Positions 1-12,130 of a DNA stretch of 64,000 nt are shown piece after piece (within the stretch, counting starts at the first letter, position 1; every line of letters begins with the position of its first letter). The stretch is taken from contig NC_068994.1 in NCBI RefSeq assembly GCF_001194135.2, positions 6,505,731 through 6,569,730 of the forward strand. The letters run 5' to 3'. The notes under the pieces are model-generated. The model was given only the letters and a program-made list of their open reading frames with translations. It searched no databases and was not told the DNA's origin. A program made the position numbers and the translations under genes. Origin of the DNA: Octopus bimaculoides. Lineage: Eukaryota.

Positions 1-242
1 AAGGTTTTTAGTGTATTAAAGTTTATGGGAGGCCCGACTTCACATATAGGACCTGAAGTGATTTTTTTGAGGTAATGCGTTTTAAACATCCTTACAATGA
101 ATATTTGTCGGTTAGTTCCTTGAATGGACGAAAAAATTTATTCAAAGTATGAACAGGAATGTATTTTACAAAAGAAAGACAAAAAAAAGGAGGGGAGAAA
201 GAAAAGATGAAAAAAAAAGGAAAAATAAACATCAGTGCAGCA

Positions 243-294
243 TCAAGTACTTCAATTGGTCTCACACCTCAAGTACTTCAATTGGTCTCACACC
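243..294. repeat. Perfect 26-bp tandem duplication
   Basis: tcaagtacttcaattggtctcacacc at 243-268 and 269-294. Confidence 0.95.
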
Positions 295-726
295 ACAAGG
301 TTCAATGGATCCTACTGAAGCAAGCCAGCACGCTCGCAGCATAAGCACGGATGATGACAAAGCTGAAGCGATGGGACAGCCAAGCACCCTCACAGACATC
401 ACCTGTTACCTCGTTGAAGCGAGCTGCCAGCGATAAGAACTTTGCCGTTAGTGACCCCAGTCCCTCCAAACATCTCAAACGCCACAAGTCCCGGCGGCAT
501 TCAGAAAAGTTGAGCTTTTTTTAGTGGTAGTATCTGCAAATACCTTTTTGATGGATTATGATTATGTCGGAATTTAATGCGGAAAAAGAAATTAGTTTGC
601 GCGCACATATCCATACTGATTCAAACATGGACACCAAATCGTTAATCGTTAATTAACGAAGTTAACATTTTCGTTAACGATTTCACTTTTAAGTCAACTT
701 TGGAAATCATTATCGGACTAATTAAC

Positions 727-1222
727 TTTCTACAAATATACCTCGGACTATGTAGATTCCGAAAACATACGAATTTAGGGGGTGGGGCAATTGGGGGTTA
801 CTTTTAAGGACCGTTCTCCACTCGGGTGTGTTTCGGAACAAGTCATCCATATTGGTTTCATTTTCTTCGTTTTGTGCGTTTGTGCATCCATAGATTTCTA
901 CTGAAGCAGCAGGCAATGAAACTGTCACCAGAAAACTCGTTATGCTAAAAATACCAGCTAAAGGTCTAAACGTTTCTAACAGAAAGACATTGAATAGAAC
1001 TTTTGAACTTTTTAAAATACATATGTGTGTGTGAGAAATAGAGGGGGGACTAGAAATCTACAGATGCACAAACGCACTAAACGGAGAAAATGAAACCAAT
1101 ATGGACGACTTGTTCCGAAATATCCCCGAGTGGGGAACGGTCCTCAAAAGTAACCCCCTGTTGTTTTCCCCCAAAATTTCTGTTCTCAGAATCTACATAG
1201 TCCGAGGTATATTTGTAGAAAA
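727..1222. repeat. Inverted repeat, ~170-bp arms (~727-900 and ~1051-1222) with a ~150-bp spacer
   Basis: Direct comparison of the arms gives roughly 85% identity by eye. The arms belong to the family containing tttgtagaaaatttcattaaaa, also seen at 6.95-8.2, 46.7-47.0 and 48.6-48.9 kb. Confidence 0.8.
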
Positions 1223-1800
1223 TTTCATTAAAAAATATCTATTTTCTTGAAAGTTAAGACGAATTGAAGTGGACGCCTGTGAATTTTCCGAAATTCCCCA
1301 CTCACCCACTCCTAAAACACTTTCCTCCAAAAGTTTCGTATATTCGGAATCCACATGATATAACACATATTCGTGGAAAATTTCATTAAAAAATATCCAT
1401 TTTTCTGAAAGTTATGATCATCCAAAGTCGGTGGGGCAGGAATCTGTAGTTATGCCCGTATTGTACCCTGCAAGCACTACAATAACGCGACGCAGAGTGG
1501 TTGGACAGTTTGACATGGTTTCTATGGCTAGAGGCCCTTCCTAATGCCAACCACTTTACAGTGTACTGGGTGCTTTCTTTTTTTCATGGCACCAACCCTA
1601 GTGAGGTCACCGAATTGCTAACAAGACTTAAGTTGCCCTTCGACTAGGTGGGGCTTCATAGTAGGTGATGAGAGGTTAAAGCATGAAAGAAGGGGCCCGC
1701 AGCGGGTTAATTTCTCAGAGCCACCATCAGCATGAATGATGGTTAAGTATTGTTGTAACCAGCTAAAGTAACAGCCTTTTGTTTTTGTTGTTGATTTCAG

Positions 1801-3655
1801 AGTCACCAGAAAAAAGGAAAGAGTCTTTGTATTTTACAGACGACACTGAAATGAGAGAAGGTATTGAAGAGTCGCTGCTGGAGAAGAAAGGTTTTGACAA
1901 AAAAGACATGGCTATAAAGTAAGCAGTGTGTTTGGGTGTGTGTTCATTTGTTCAGCTTTACGTCCGTTTTACTATGTTGGTATGAGATGGAAGAGTACTT
2001 ATTTTTGAGGCAGTATTTTTAAAAACAGATACGCTTCCGGTTTCCAACCTTTTCTTGTTCTTCACAAATTAGGGAGTATTTTATTCCACTACTTTGAGTG
2101 CGCAAAGCTATAGGATGTAATGTTCACCAGACACATAAACATAGCAACACCATTTTTCCATTCAGACAATTCTCGTGCCGGTGGCACGTAAATAGCACCA
2201 TTTGAACGTGACCGTTATCAACGTCGCCTTCCTGGCACGTGAAAAGACATTCGAGCGAGATCGTTGCCGGTGCCGCTGGACTGGCTCCTGTGCAGGTGGC
2301 ACGTAAAATACACCATTTTGAGCATGGCCGTTGCCAGTACTGCCTGACTGGCCTTTGTGCCAGTGGCACGTAAAAGCACCCACTACACTCTCGGAGTGGT
2401 TGGCGTTAGGAAAGGCATCCAGCTGTAGTAACTCTGCCAAATCAGATTGGAGCCTGTCTTTACACGTGCCAGGAAGGCGACGCTGGGCATGTACATAATT
2501 CCTCATCTCTTAAATATAGAACTATATTCACAAATGTTATCATATAATGTTATCATATAATGTTATCATATAATGTTATCATATAATGTTATCATATAAT
2601 GTTATCATATAATGTATTATAAGATGCAGAAATAAATTTATTTCTCAAACGCGTGATAATGCTACGCTTCTAAAAAAAAAAAAAAACTTTGTTTACTTTC
2701 ATCGTAAAGTTGAATTTAACGTTAGCGTCTTATGAAGCTAAATTTATAAGTTCTAAAATTGCAGAAGAATTCTTTGCTGGGTAGTTTAGTTTAATGGTAA
2801 AACACTTGACGCGTAATCACAGAGATGTGAGTTCAAGTCTCATGGCTGGCCAGTAACGTATTTTTCTGCAATAAATGGATAATTTATCCTGATCTCGCTA
2901 TTTATAGCATTATCACACGTTTAAGAAATAAATTTATTTCTGCATCTTACAATACATCTCAACGCTTCTAAAAAAAAACTTTGTTTGTTTACTTTCATCT
3001 TAAAGTTGAATATAATGTATTATGGTTGTGTACACATTGTGTTTATGTATCTGTTTCTCATTTGGTTTATTTTGTTTCCTATTAAGGTTTGCTGAGCGTT
3101 ACTTTGTCAGTCCTCCAAAACGTTCTTACGGATGCCATATTCCGAATGTCTTCATGGCCTGGAAGAGAAGCAACTACGAGGACATTGACACACCAGCCAT
3201 GAGCCAGTTTAACGGCACCGGTTCCTATGGTAACGGCGGTGGCATGCGCATTGCACCAGCAGCTCTTTTTGCTCATAACCAAAGTCCTGAGAAGCTGAAG
3301 GTTGGTAACATGATGACCGTTACTTCTTCATGTTGATGATATTACTGCTGCTGCTGTTGTTACTGTTGTTGTTGTTGTTGTTGTTGTTGCATGGTAACCA
3401 CCCCATCCACTGATCCTGCAGATCAAAACAAGTTCTGGGCTTAATCTTCCAGACTTTTTATTTTCTTTTTTTTTAAACTTAATAGGCGCAGGAGTGGCTG
3501 TGTGGTAAGTAGCTTGCTTACCAGCCACATGGTTCCGGGTTCAGTCCCACTGCGTGGCTCCTTGGGCAAGTGTCTTCTGCTATAGCCTCGGGCCGACCAA
3601 AGCCTTGTGAGTGGATTTGGTTGACGGAAACTGAAAGAAGCCCGACGTATATAGG

Positions 3656-3688
<33 letters not shown>

Positions 3689-3946
3689 TTGTGTGTCTGT
3701 GTTTGTCCCCCCAACATCGCTTGACAACTGATGCTGGTGTGTTTATGTCCCCGAAGTAGCAGGAGCAGCAGCAGGTGATGATGATGATGATGATGATGAT
3801 GCCTTTACCATCCCCGAGATCGACTTTGCCTTTCATCCTTTCGGGGTCAATAAAATAAGTACCAGTTAAACACTGGGGTTGATGTGATCAACTCATCCCC
3901 TTCCCCAAAATTGCTGCCCTTGTGGCAAGATTTAAAACCATTATTA

Positions 3947-3978
<32 letters not shown>

Positions 3979-4457
3979 GCGTGGCCGTTGCCAGTACCGC
4001 CTGACTGGCCTTCGTGCGGGTGACACGTAAAAGCACCCACTACACTCTCTGAGTGGTTGGCGTTAGGAAGGGCATCCAGCTGTAGAAACTCTGCCAAATC
4101 AGATTGGAGCCTGGTGTTGCCATCCGGTCACCAGTCCTCAGTCAAATCGTCCAACCCATGCTAGCATGGAAAGCGGACGTTAAACGATGATGATGATGAT
4201 GATGATGATTATTAAGTCAACATGGTGGCAGAGCCGTTAACATGCCAGGCAAAATTCTTATCAGCATTTCATTTGTATTTGCCTTCTGAATTCAAATTCC
4301 ACCGAGGTTGACTTTGCCTTTCATCCTTTTGGGGGTCAATAAGATAAGTACCATTTGAGTGCTAGGATCAATGTAATCAACTTACCCCCTACTCCAAATT
4401 ACTGGCCCTGTAACCAAAATTTGCACTTCTTGCCAAGGATCATTTATATATAGTTTC

Positions 4458-4500
<43 letters not shown>

Positions 4501-5735
4501 TTTCTTTTTCTTCCAACAGGAGCTGTCTGATAAAATAACTAAACTGACGCATACCCATATTTTGGGTATCCATGGGGCATACTTGGAAGCGTTGTCAGTC
4601 TGGCTCGCACTGAAAGCTGAACAATCTCAGTTTTCTACCAAGGGGTTTGTGGACCAATTAAAAGAAAAAATGAAATTCTATGAAGATGAATATTCAAAGA
4701 GAGAAGAAAATAAGGACAAGTATGTTTGAAAATTTATTAACCTAGATGTTTGGGAGCATTTATTGCTTTTTTTTTTATTGTGTTGAGAATTTGTCATCAT
4801 TGTCATCATCATCATCATCATCATCATCATCGTTTAACGTCCGCTTTCCATGCTAGCATGGGTTGGACGATTTGACTGAGGACTGGTGAAACCGGATGGC
4901 AACACCAGGCTCCAGTCTGATTTGGCAGAGTTTCTACAGCTGGATGCCCTTCCTAACGCCAACCATCAATGTTTTATAATCCGCTTTTCCATGGTTGCAT
5001 GGGTTGGATGGAATTTGCTCAAGGTACATGCTTTCTGCTTTTTAACCTTTTAGCATTTAAACTAACCAAATCCAGCCAAAATATATGCCACCAGTTTTAT
5101 GTTGAAACCAGCAAGATCCAGCCTCTCACGCCTCCTCTACAATGTCATTCTAAAAATAGTCAATCACATCAACAAGTTCTCAAAACTTTGAGAAAATTCA
5201 TGATTAATTCAAAGGGCAAAGAACTAAGACCCCGCCATCTCGATCATGAATGATGATGGGATCCACCTAGAAAGTTCCCCTCCAAGGCACAAGTCTGAGC
5301 AAGGTTCTTTATGGAAGACCAGCAGTCACCCATAGACACCAGCCTCCCCTCTCCGCACCACCAATGTTATCCAAGGGAAAGGCAAAGGCTGATACAGCTT
5401 GGTACCAGTGATGTCACAGTTCATTTCGACAGCTGAGTGCACTGGAGCAACGTGAAACAAAGTTTCTTGCTCAAGAGCATAACACACAGCCTCCTCCTCC
5501 TCATCATCATCATCATTCAATGTCCATTGTCCATGCTGGCATGGGTTGGACAGTTTGACCAGGACTGGTAAGCTGGAATGCTGCACCAGACACCAATCTG
5601 ATTTGGCAGAGTTTCTACAGCTGGATGCCCTTCCTAATGCCAACCACTTTGAGAGTGTAANNNNNNNNNNTTCTACAGCTGGATGCCCTTCCTAATGCCA
5701 ACCACTTTGAGAGTGTAATGGGTGCTTTTACGTGC

Positions 5736-5769
<34 letters not shown>

Positions 5770-5795
5770 AAATATATATATATATATATACATAC

Positions 5796-5830
<35 letters not shown>

Positions 5831-7310
5831 TAGATAGATATATATACATACATACATATATGCACAGTATCTCATTGAGTTCTCTCTTTTCAGGAACTTA
5901 GATTCTGAAGAATCTCATTGTTATTCTCACAAACTCGACATCATAAAGTCATTTTTGGATAGAAAAGATGTCAGCGATGGAGAAGTTATAAAAGAACTGG
6001 GTAAGAGAAGTCTTACTGATCTATTTTGTAATCGTTGCTATTATTTAGCCTCAGCAAGGAGACAAACTGGCAGAATTGTTAACACATCGGATAAAATGCT
6101 TCGTGGTATTTCTCCCCGTTCTTTACATTTTGAGTTCAAATCCTGCTAAAGTCAATTTAGCCATTCGTCTTTTTTGGAGTTGATGAAATAAAGAACCAGT
6201 CAAGTACTGGGGTAGATATAATCAACCTGTTCCTCCTACCCCAAATTTCAGGCCTGGTACTTATCAAAGAACATATTATATAACCTCAAGCCTGCTCTGA
6301 ACAGGCAGACCAATGATCAAAGGCATTCCTGCCATGACCATCCCGTTTGTTCCCAACATATTCTTTTCTGAGAAATACAGGTGCAGGCATGGCTGTGTGG
6401 TTGGTCAAGAAGTTTGCTTCCCACCCATGAGGTCTCGGGTTCAGTCCCACTGGGCAGCATCTTAGACAAATGCCCCAGGTTGACCGAAACCTTGCGAGTG
6501 GATTTGGTTGACAGAAACTAAATGAAGGCAGCGAGCTGGCAGAATCGTTAGCACACCGGGCGAAATGCTTAGCGGTATTTTGTCTGCCGTTACGTTCTGA
6601 GTTCAAATTCTGCCGAGGTCGACTTTGCCTTTCATCCTTNNNNNNNNNNTTTCCTTTTTACCCATTTCTTTATATTTTCTTTCTTTCCCTTATATCATTT
6701 GTATCTTCCCCCCCCCCCAACACACACACACTCACTCTCTCTCTTTCTGTCTTTTTGTTTTTGCTTCTTTGTGTCTTCTTCCTTAATTTCTTTCTTTCGT
6801 TCTTTCATTGCAGGTCATGGTGTGTCTTCACAGTCTTCAATCCCCACTGCTGTTTATGCGTTCCTGAGGTCAGTTGAGGATTCTAAAACTGTACCGGTCA
6901 GTACTGCTTTTTGTTTGCATCTAAATTTCAGAATAATTGTAATTTCCACTTCCTGAAAGATATTTGTAGAAAATTCCATTAAAACTATTCATTTTTCTGA
7001 ATGTCATGAGGAAACAGTCAATTGGTGTGAATTATCCAAAAGTCCTCATCTGCTTCCCTCTAAAAAATATTTATCACAATAAATTCCGATATAGTCATAC
7101 TTTATACCATTGGAATGGTATTTGTATAAAAATTTCATTGTAAAATAGGTGCAGGAGTGGCTGTGTGGTAAGTAGCTTGCTTACCAACCACATGGTTCCG
7201 GGTTCAGTCCCACTGCGTGGCACCTTAGGCAAGTGTCTTCTACTATAGCCTCGGGCCAACCAAAGCCTTGTGAGCGGATTTGGTAGACGGAAACTGAAAG
7301 AAGCCCGTCG

Positions 7311-7351
<41 letters not shown>

Positions 7352-8489
7352 NNNNNNNNNNNNNNNNNNNNNNNNNNNNNNNNNNNNNNNNNNNNNNNNN
7401 NNNNNNNNNNNNNNNNNNNNNNNNNNNNNNNNNNNNNNNNNNNNNNNNNNNNNNNNNNNNNNNNNNNNNNNNNNNNNNNNNNNNNNNNNNNNNNNNNNNN
7501 NNNNNNNNNNNNNNNNNNNNNNNNNNNNNNNNNNNNNNNNNNNNNNNNNNNNNNNNNNNNNNNNNNNNNNNNNNNNNNNNNNNNNNNNNNNNNNNNNNNN
7601 NNNNNNNNNNNNNNNNNNNNNNNNNNNNNNNNNNNNNNNNNNNNNNNNNNNNNNNNNNNNNNNNNNNNNNNNNNNNNNNNNNNNNNNNNNNNNNNNNNNN
7701 NNNNNNNNNNNNNNNNNNNNNNNNNNNNNNNNNNNNNNNNNNNNNNNNNNNNNNNNNNNNNNNNNNNNNNNNNNNNNNNNNNNNNNNNNNNNNNNNNNNN
7801 NNNNNNNNNNNNNNNNNNNNNNNNNNNNNNNNNNNNTTATCCCCCCAACATTGCTTGACAACCGATGCTGCTGTGTTTATGTCCCCGCAACTTAGCGCTT
7901 CGGCAAAAGAGACCAATAGAATAAGTACTAGGCTTCCAAAGAATAAGTCCTGGGGTCGATTTGCTCAACTAAAAGGCTGTGCTCCAGCATGGCTGCAGTC
8001 AAATGACTGGAACTAGTAAAAGAGTAAAAGAGTAAATATTCATTTTCCTGAAAGCTATGAAGAAACAAATTCAAATTTCCACAACAAATTCCAATATAAT
8101 CATACTTTATATAATCTAAATGGTATTTCTAGAAAATTTCTGGGAGTTATGAGGAAACAAAAGCCAGGGTGGGGGGCATGCTTGTGTAGGCTTCACGTCA
8201 AACATGTATAACACTCACTGCACTGATTGTGACAGTTAATCCAACCCAATCTTGGTATCTGATTTTTTTTTTATCTAACCAGCATCGCAACGGATTTGAA
8301 AGAACGGTAATCTATGCAATTTCTCTCGGAGGAGATACTGATACTATTGCAACGATGGCTGGTGCAATTGCAGGTGCATTCTGGGGTGAAGAAAGCATAC
8401 CGAAACCTTGGCAACAAAGTTGTCAAGGTTTGGACACAGCAGAGAAAACAGCAAAGAGTTTGTACCAATATGTCACTGAACAAAGTTAA
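1801..8489 (+). CDS. ADPRS: ADP-ribosylhydrolase ARH3 (ADP-ribosylglycohydrolase family), 5'-partial. Exons 1801-1918, 3087-3300, 4520-4719, 5894-6000, 6814-6896, 8283-8489 (308 codons plus stop in window)
   Basis: All six exons have AG/GT boundaries and join in frame (phases 2,0,2,1,0). The translation contains the ARH3 motifs LYFTDDT, GSYGNGGGMRIAP, KLTHTH, S.PTAVYAFL and ISLGGDTDTIATMAGAIAGA, and ends at TAA 8487-8489. The N-terminal exon (the GD..G..E motif) was not found in the window. Confidence 0.92.
2533..2610. repeat. 13-bp minisatellite, 6 copies
   Basis: (aatgttatcatat)6, abutting the family-T inverted repeat. Confidence 0.95.
2612..3018 (+). mobile_element. tRNA-core repeat (family T), copy 1, with an inverted and a direct partial duplication
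   Basis: tRNA-like segment 2776-2853 followed by a T-run. Inverted repeat ~2612-2665 / ~2903-2957. Direct repeat ~2666-2722 / ~2962-3018. Flanks are homologous to 30128-30385. Confidence 0.7.
3485..3753 (+). mobile_element. SINE family A, 3'-truncated
   Basis: tRNA-like head ggcgcaggagtggctgtgtggtaag...ggttcagtccc and an internal (AT)n. More than 10 related copies in the window. Confidence 0.85.
3980..4209 (+). mobile_element. SINE family C with an RTE-like tail ending in (GAT)n. Other copies: 2160-2460, 8560-8770, 39025-39175 (+); 4803-4965, 5495-5735, 17685-17915, 20540-20700, 37185-37440, 63180-63360 (-)
   Basis: Recurring gagtggttggcgttaggaagggcatccagctgtagaaactctgcc...gtccaacccatgctagcatggaaagcggacgttaaacgatgatg. 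Confidence 0.85.
7148..8033 (+). mobile_element. SINE family A, full length (gap inside), inserted in a family-U repeat
   Basis: Head at 7148, tail (gagtaaaa)n. Candidate TSD aaata at 7143-7147 and 8034-8038. Confidence 0.85.
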
Positions 8490-8827
8490 ATAAAATGATC
8501 ATAAAATCTAATTGTTTAAGACTTAACCCGGCTTTCTTTTTCTTTTCTTTTTTTTATTTCTCGCCTGACTGGCCTTCATGCTGGTGGCACGTAAAACACC
8601 CACTACACTCTCTGAGTGGTTGGTGTTAGGAAGGGCATCCAGCTGTAGAAACTCTGCCAGATCAGATTGGAGCCTGGTATAGCCATCTGGTTCACCAGTC
8701 CTCAGTCAAATCGTCCAACCCATGCTAGCATGGAAAGCAGACGTTAAACAATGATGATGATGATGATGATATACAGAATGGTTTCCCAACTTCTTTTTGC
8801 CAAATGCCCAAAACATTAGCCTATATA

Positions 8828-9105
8828 CAAGAGTGGCTGTGTGGTAAGACGCTTGCTTCCCAACCACATGGTTCTAGGTTCAGTCCCACTTTGTGGCACC
8901 TAGCGCAAGTGTCTTCTACTATAGCCTGGGGCCAGCCAAAGCCTTGTGAGTAGGTTTGGTAGATGGAAACTGAAAAGAACCTTGTGTGTGTGTGTGTGTG
9001 TGTGTTCCCCACCACCATTTGACAACTGGTGTTGGTGTGTTTACATCCCTGTAACTTAGTGGTTCCGCAAAGAAACCAATAGAATAAATATCTGGCTTAA
9101 AAAAA
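8828..9105 (+). mobile_element. SINE family A, diverged
   Basis: Same head and body as the 3485 copy. Confidence 0.8.
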
Positions 9106-11171
9106 TAAAAAGGGTTTAACTTTTATCATTCACAAAGCCAGTGAGAAAGAGAAATCCTAGAGATGGGGTTAAGTTTCTCAACTATTCTACCTCTTCAAAA
9201 AAGGGTTTTCTTTGTTGGTATGGACTGGATTGTTTGATAGGAGCCGGCAAGTCAGACAGCTTCAGCATGGATCTTACATCTGGATGCCCTTCCTAATGCC
9301 AGTGCTGGGTGTCTTTTACTTTGCACCAGCACTGGCAATGTCACCAGGTAACAGACAAGACAAGACACCCTCAGCTGAAGTAGGAATGCTATTGAGGAAG
9401 GTGGCTTTATGCCAGATGATGAGAAGTTAGAATATGAATACAAGGGACAGAAATAGGGGTTTTGTATGTATTAAATAAATTAGCTAATTCATCTTCATGA
9501 ATGTCATAATATCTAATCTGTGTTTCCTAGAACTATTTTGGATTCAATGGATTGCATTACTGAGCCAGCAGAATTGTTAGCATGCCAGGCAAAATGCTTA
9601 GAAGCATTTCGTCTGTCTTTACATTCTGAGTTTCGTCTGTCTTTACATTCTGCATGGCCGAATGGTTAGGTAACTGGGCTTTTGATGTTAAAAGTTGTGG
9701 GTCTGATTCTGGGCCAAGAGGTGTATTATGCCTCTGAGCAAGGCTATTTCTTGTTTCTCCGGTTCATTCAACTGCACCAGCTGCAATTGGGTTGTACCCC
9801 TTACAACAGACAGGCATTTCATTCAGGGTGGACAGCAGGAGAAACTTTGGCCTAATGAGCCGGCAGGTTTTCAATAGTTGTACTTAGCCTATTAGCAATA
9901 TTTAAATATTAGGTTAACAAAAACCTTGGATGGAAAAGTCAAAGGTTGCCAGTGTGACTCAAACCCACATCTGTAAACATGACAAATGTTCTACCTTTGC
10001 ATCAAAGCAATCTTTTGAAAGTCTCCATCCACACTATTATTTAAAGTCTTAGCTACCTCAAGTTACACCATTAAAAACGATTTACTTCATGTCTCACAAA
10101 GTCTCTTAATTCTTATAATGTAATTAACATACATTTTTTTCTTTATTCTCAATCTGTTAAAAATCTAAATGTAGTCATTACTGGAAACTATTTTGTTTTC
10201 ACTGCTCACATGGCTAAAGATATATTATATAAGACTGTATACTGCTGTATTAGGATGAAAGATGTACGCACATTTTTGATAAACCTATGGCTACTATTAT
10301 TAGAAGTTAGTGAGGAAGTTGTGAATGAATTGTAATTCACCTAATTTCATTGGCCTAATTTCACAGAGCTATTAATACATGTGAACATGAGTCAGTACAT
10401 TTATATAGTCATAAACCATGTTGTACTCCAGTGATTATTACCTAACTGTTGACCTTGTGCAATTACGCAAATGAATTTGTGCCTTACTACTTAGATATTT
10501 GAACTTCAATATGGATCCTTCAGCCATCATCCAAATCAGTTGAAAAGGCCTTCATGAGCATAATTTCACAGCGAGACTAAATATATTTATAAATATGTCT
10601 GTATTTATTTAGGGTTCTAATATAGGCCCAAGGGCCAGCAATTTTGAAGGAAAGAGTTCTAATAAAGGGACAAGACCAACAATTTTGAGGGGAAGGGCTA
10701 TAAGTATACCATGGTAGAAAGTTTCTTCCCTAAAGTACAATATAGCGAAACTGACCCTAAACTTTTGTAGTTTCGAAGCATACATCTTAACCACATACAA
10801 TCATACTTGCATTAGTTTTTACATTCTAAGTTCAAATCTCTCTGGGAACAACTTCACTCATCTCCCAAATTTCAGACGATGTGTCAATATTAGAAATTGT
10901 TTTTTTGTCAGATAATCACCCGCATTGATTGCCGTGCTTAACAATCTACTTTTGTTTCATCTATAAGCACAGAATAGTGAATGGGTCAATGATAAATTTT
11001 TGGCCTTTTACTCAAGCTATAACCCTTCCCCTCGAAATTACTGGTTTTGTACCTCTGTTAAAACCCTTCTGCTCAAAATTACTGGCCTTGTTAGAATCCT
11101 TCTATTAAAAACTGTTAGCCTTATGCATACGTTAGACCCTTTCTCCTCAAAAATTTCTAGCCTTATTATCT

Positions 11172-11520
11172 GTCTTAGAATCCGATCAATGGAACAGCCT
11201 GCTCGTGAAATTAACGTGCAAGTGGCTGAGCACTCCACAGACACGTGTACCTTTAACGTAGTTCTCTGGGATATTCAGCGTGACACAGTGTGACAAGGCT
11301 GACCCTTTGAATTACAGGCACAACAGAAACAAGAAGAAAGAGTGAGAGAAAGTTGTGGTGGAAGAGTACAGCAGGGTTCGCCACCATCCCCTGCCGGAGC
11401 CTCGTGGAGCTTTGGGTGTTTTCGCTCAATAAACACTCACAACGCCCGGTCTGAGAATCGAAACCGCGATCCTATAACCGCGAGTCCGCTGTTCTAACCA
11501 CTAGGCCATTGCGCCTCCAC
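11172..11520 (-). mobile_element. tRNA-headed SINE family D, ~260 bp upstream of the MIF4G-gene ATG
   Basis: The minus strand begins gtggaggcgcaatggcctagtggttag (A box) ... gtttcgattc (B box). The body matches 42690-43030. Confidence 0.85.
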
Positions 11521-11783
11521 GCTGGTCTTGTTAGTATCCATAATAAAAAAAAACATTATTAATGGGCAATAACTCCGTTAATATAGGTGGCGCAACATCA
11601 CTTATTAATTAAGTCCCTTTAATATTTCTTCTCACCTGTCCGACTGAGGAACCTTTCTTGGTTGAGAAGACGTAATGAGTTGCCGGAGTCTTTTAAAACG
11701 TTTTTAACATTTAGCAACATAATAAATAACTTTATTCCTTGTTCAATCCATTTGTTTTTCCTTCTCCTATTCATAACCGAAGA

Positions 11784-12091
11784 ATGTCGACAGCCGTAGG
11801 AAGAGGTCGCGGCAGAGGCCGAGGGATTTTGTCTTTGAGTAAAGTTGCTCCGTCGCCGAATCATAAAGTTGGTGGCAATTGTTCGGATTTAGAAACTTCT
11901 CTTCCAAACAACGAATTCAACATTGCTTCGAATCCTTCCGAGGACGACGATGCACCAACGGTTCCACCACAATTAAGGTTATTAGTCAAACCTACAGGCC
12001 AGGTTGATTGTCACGAAGAAAAGGTATTTCCTTCATTTACCTATTATTATTAATATTCCATTTTTTTCCATCTTTTAAATGTTTTCTTGTG

Positions 12092-12130
<39 letters not shown>

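Noticed and set aside
149-510. ORFs 149-436 and 302-487 as a possible ARH3 first exon
   Set aside because: No ARH N-terminal motif (GD..G...E) and no convincing splice sites.
2776-2853. Functional tRNA gene
   Set aside because: Acceptor and anticodon stems are imperfect, and the sequence sits in a repeat family with homologous flanks; treated as a tRNA-derived repeat.
5621-5720. Apparent tandem duplication inside SINE C
   Set aside because: Same pattern around the 10-N gap at 5661-5670; an assembly artefact.
12024-12033. Donor GTATTTCCTT resembling a U12 5' splice site
   Set aside because: It does not match GTATCCTTT, and no U12 branch point was seen before the next acceptor.
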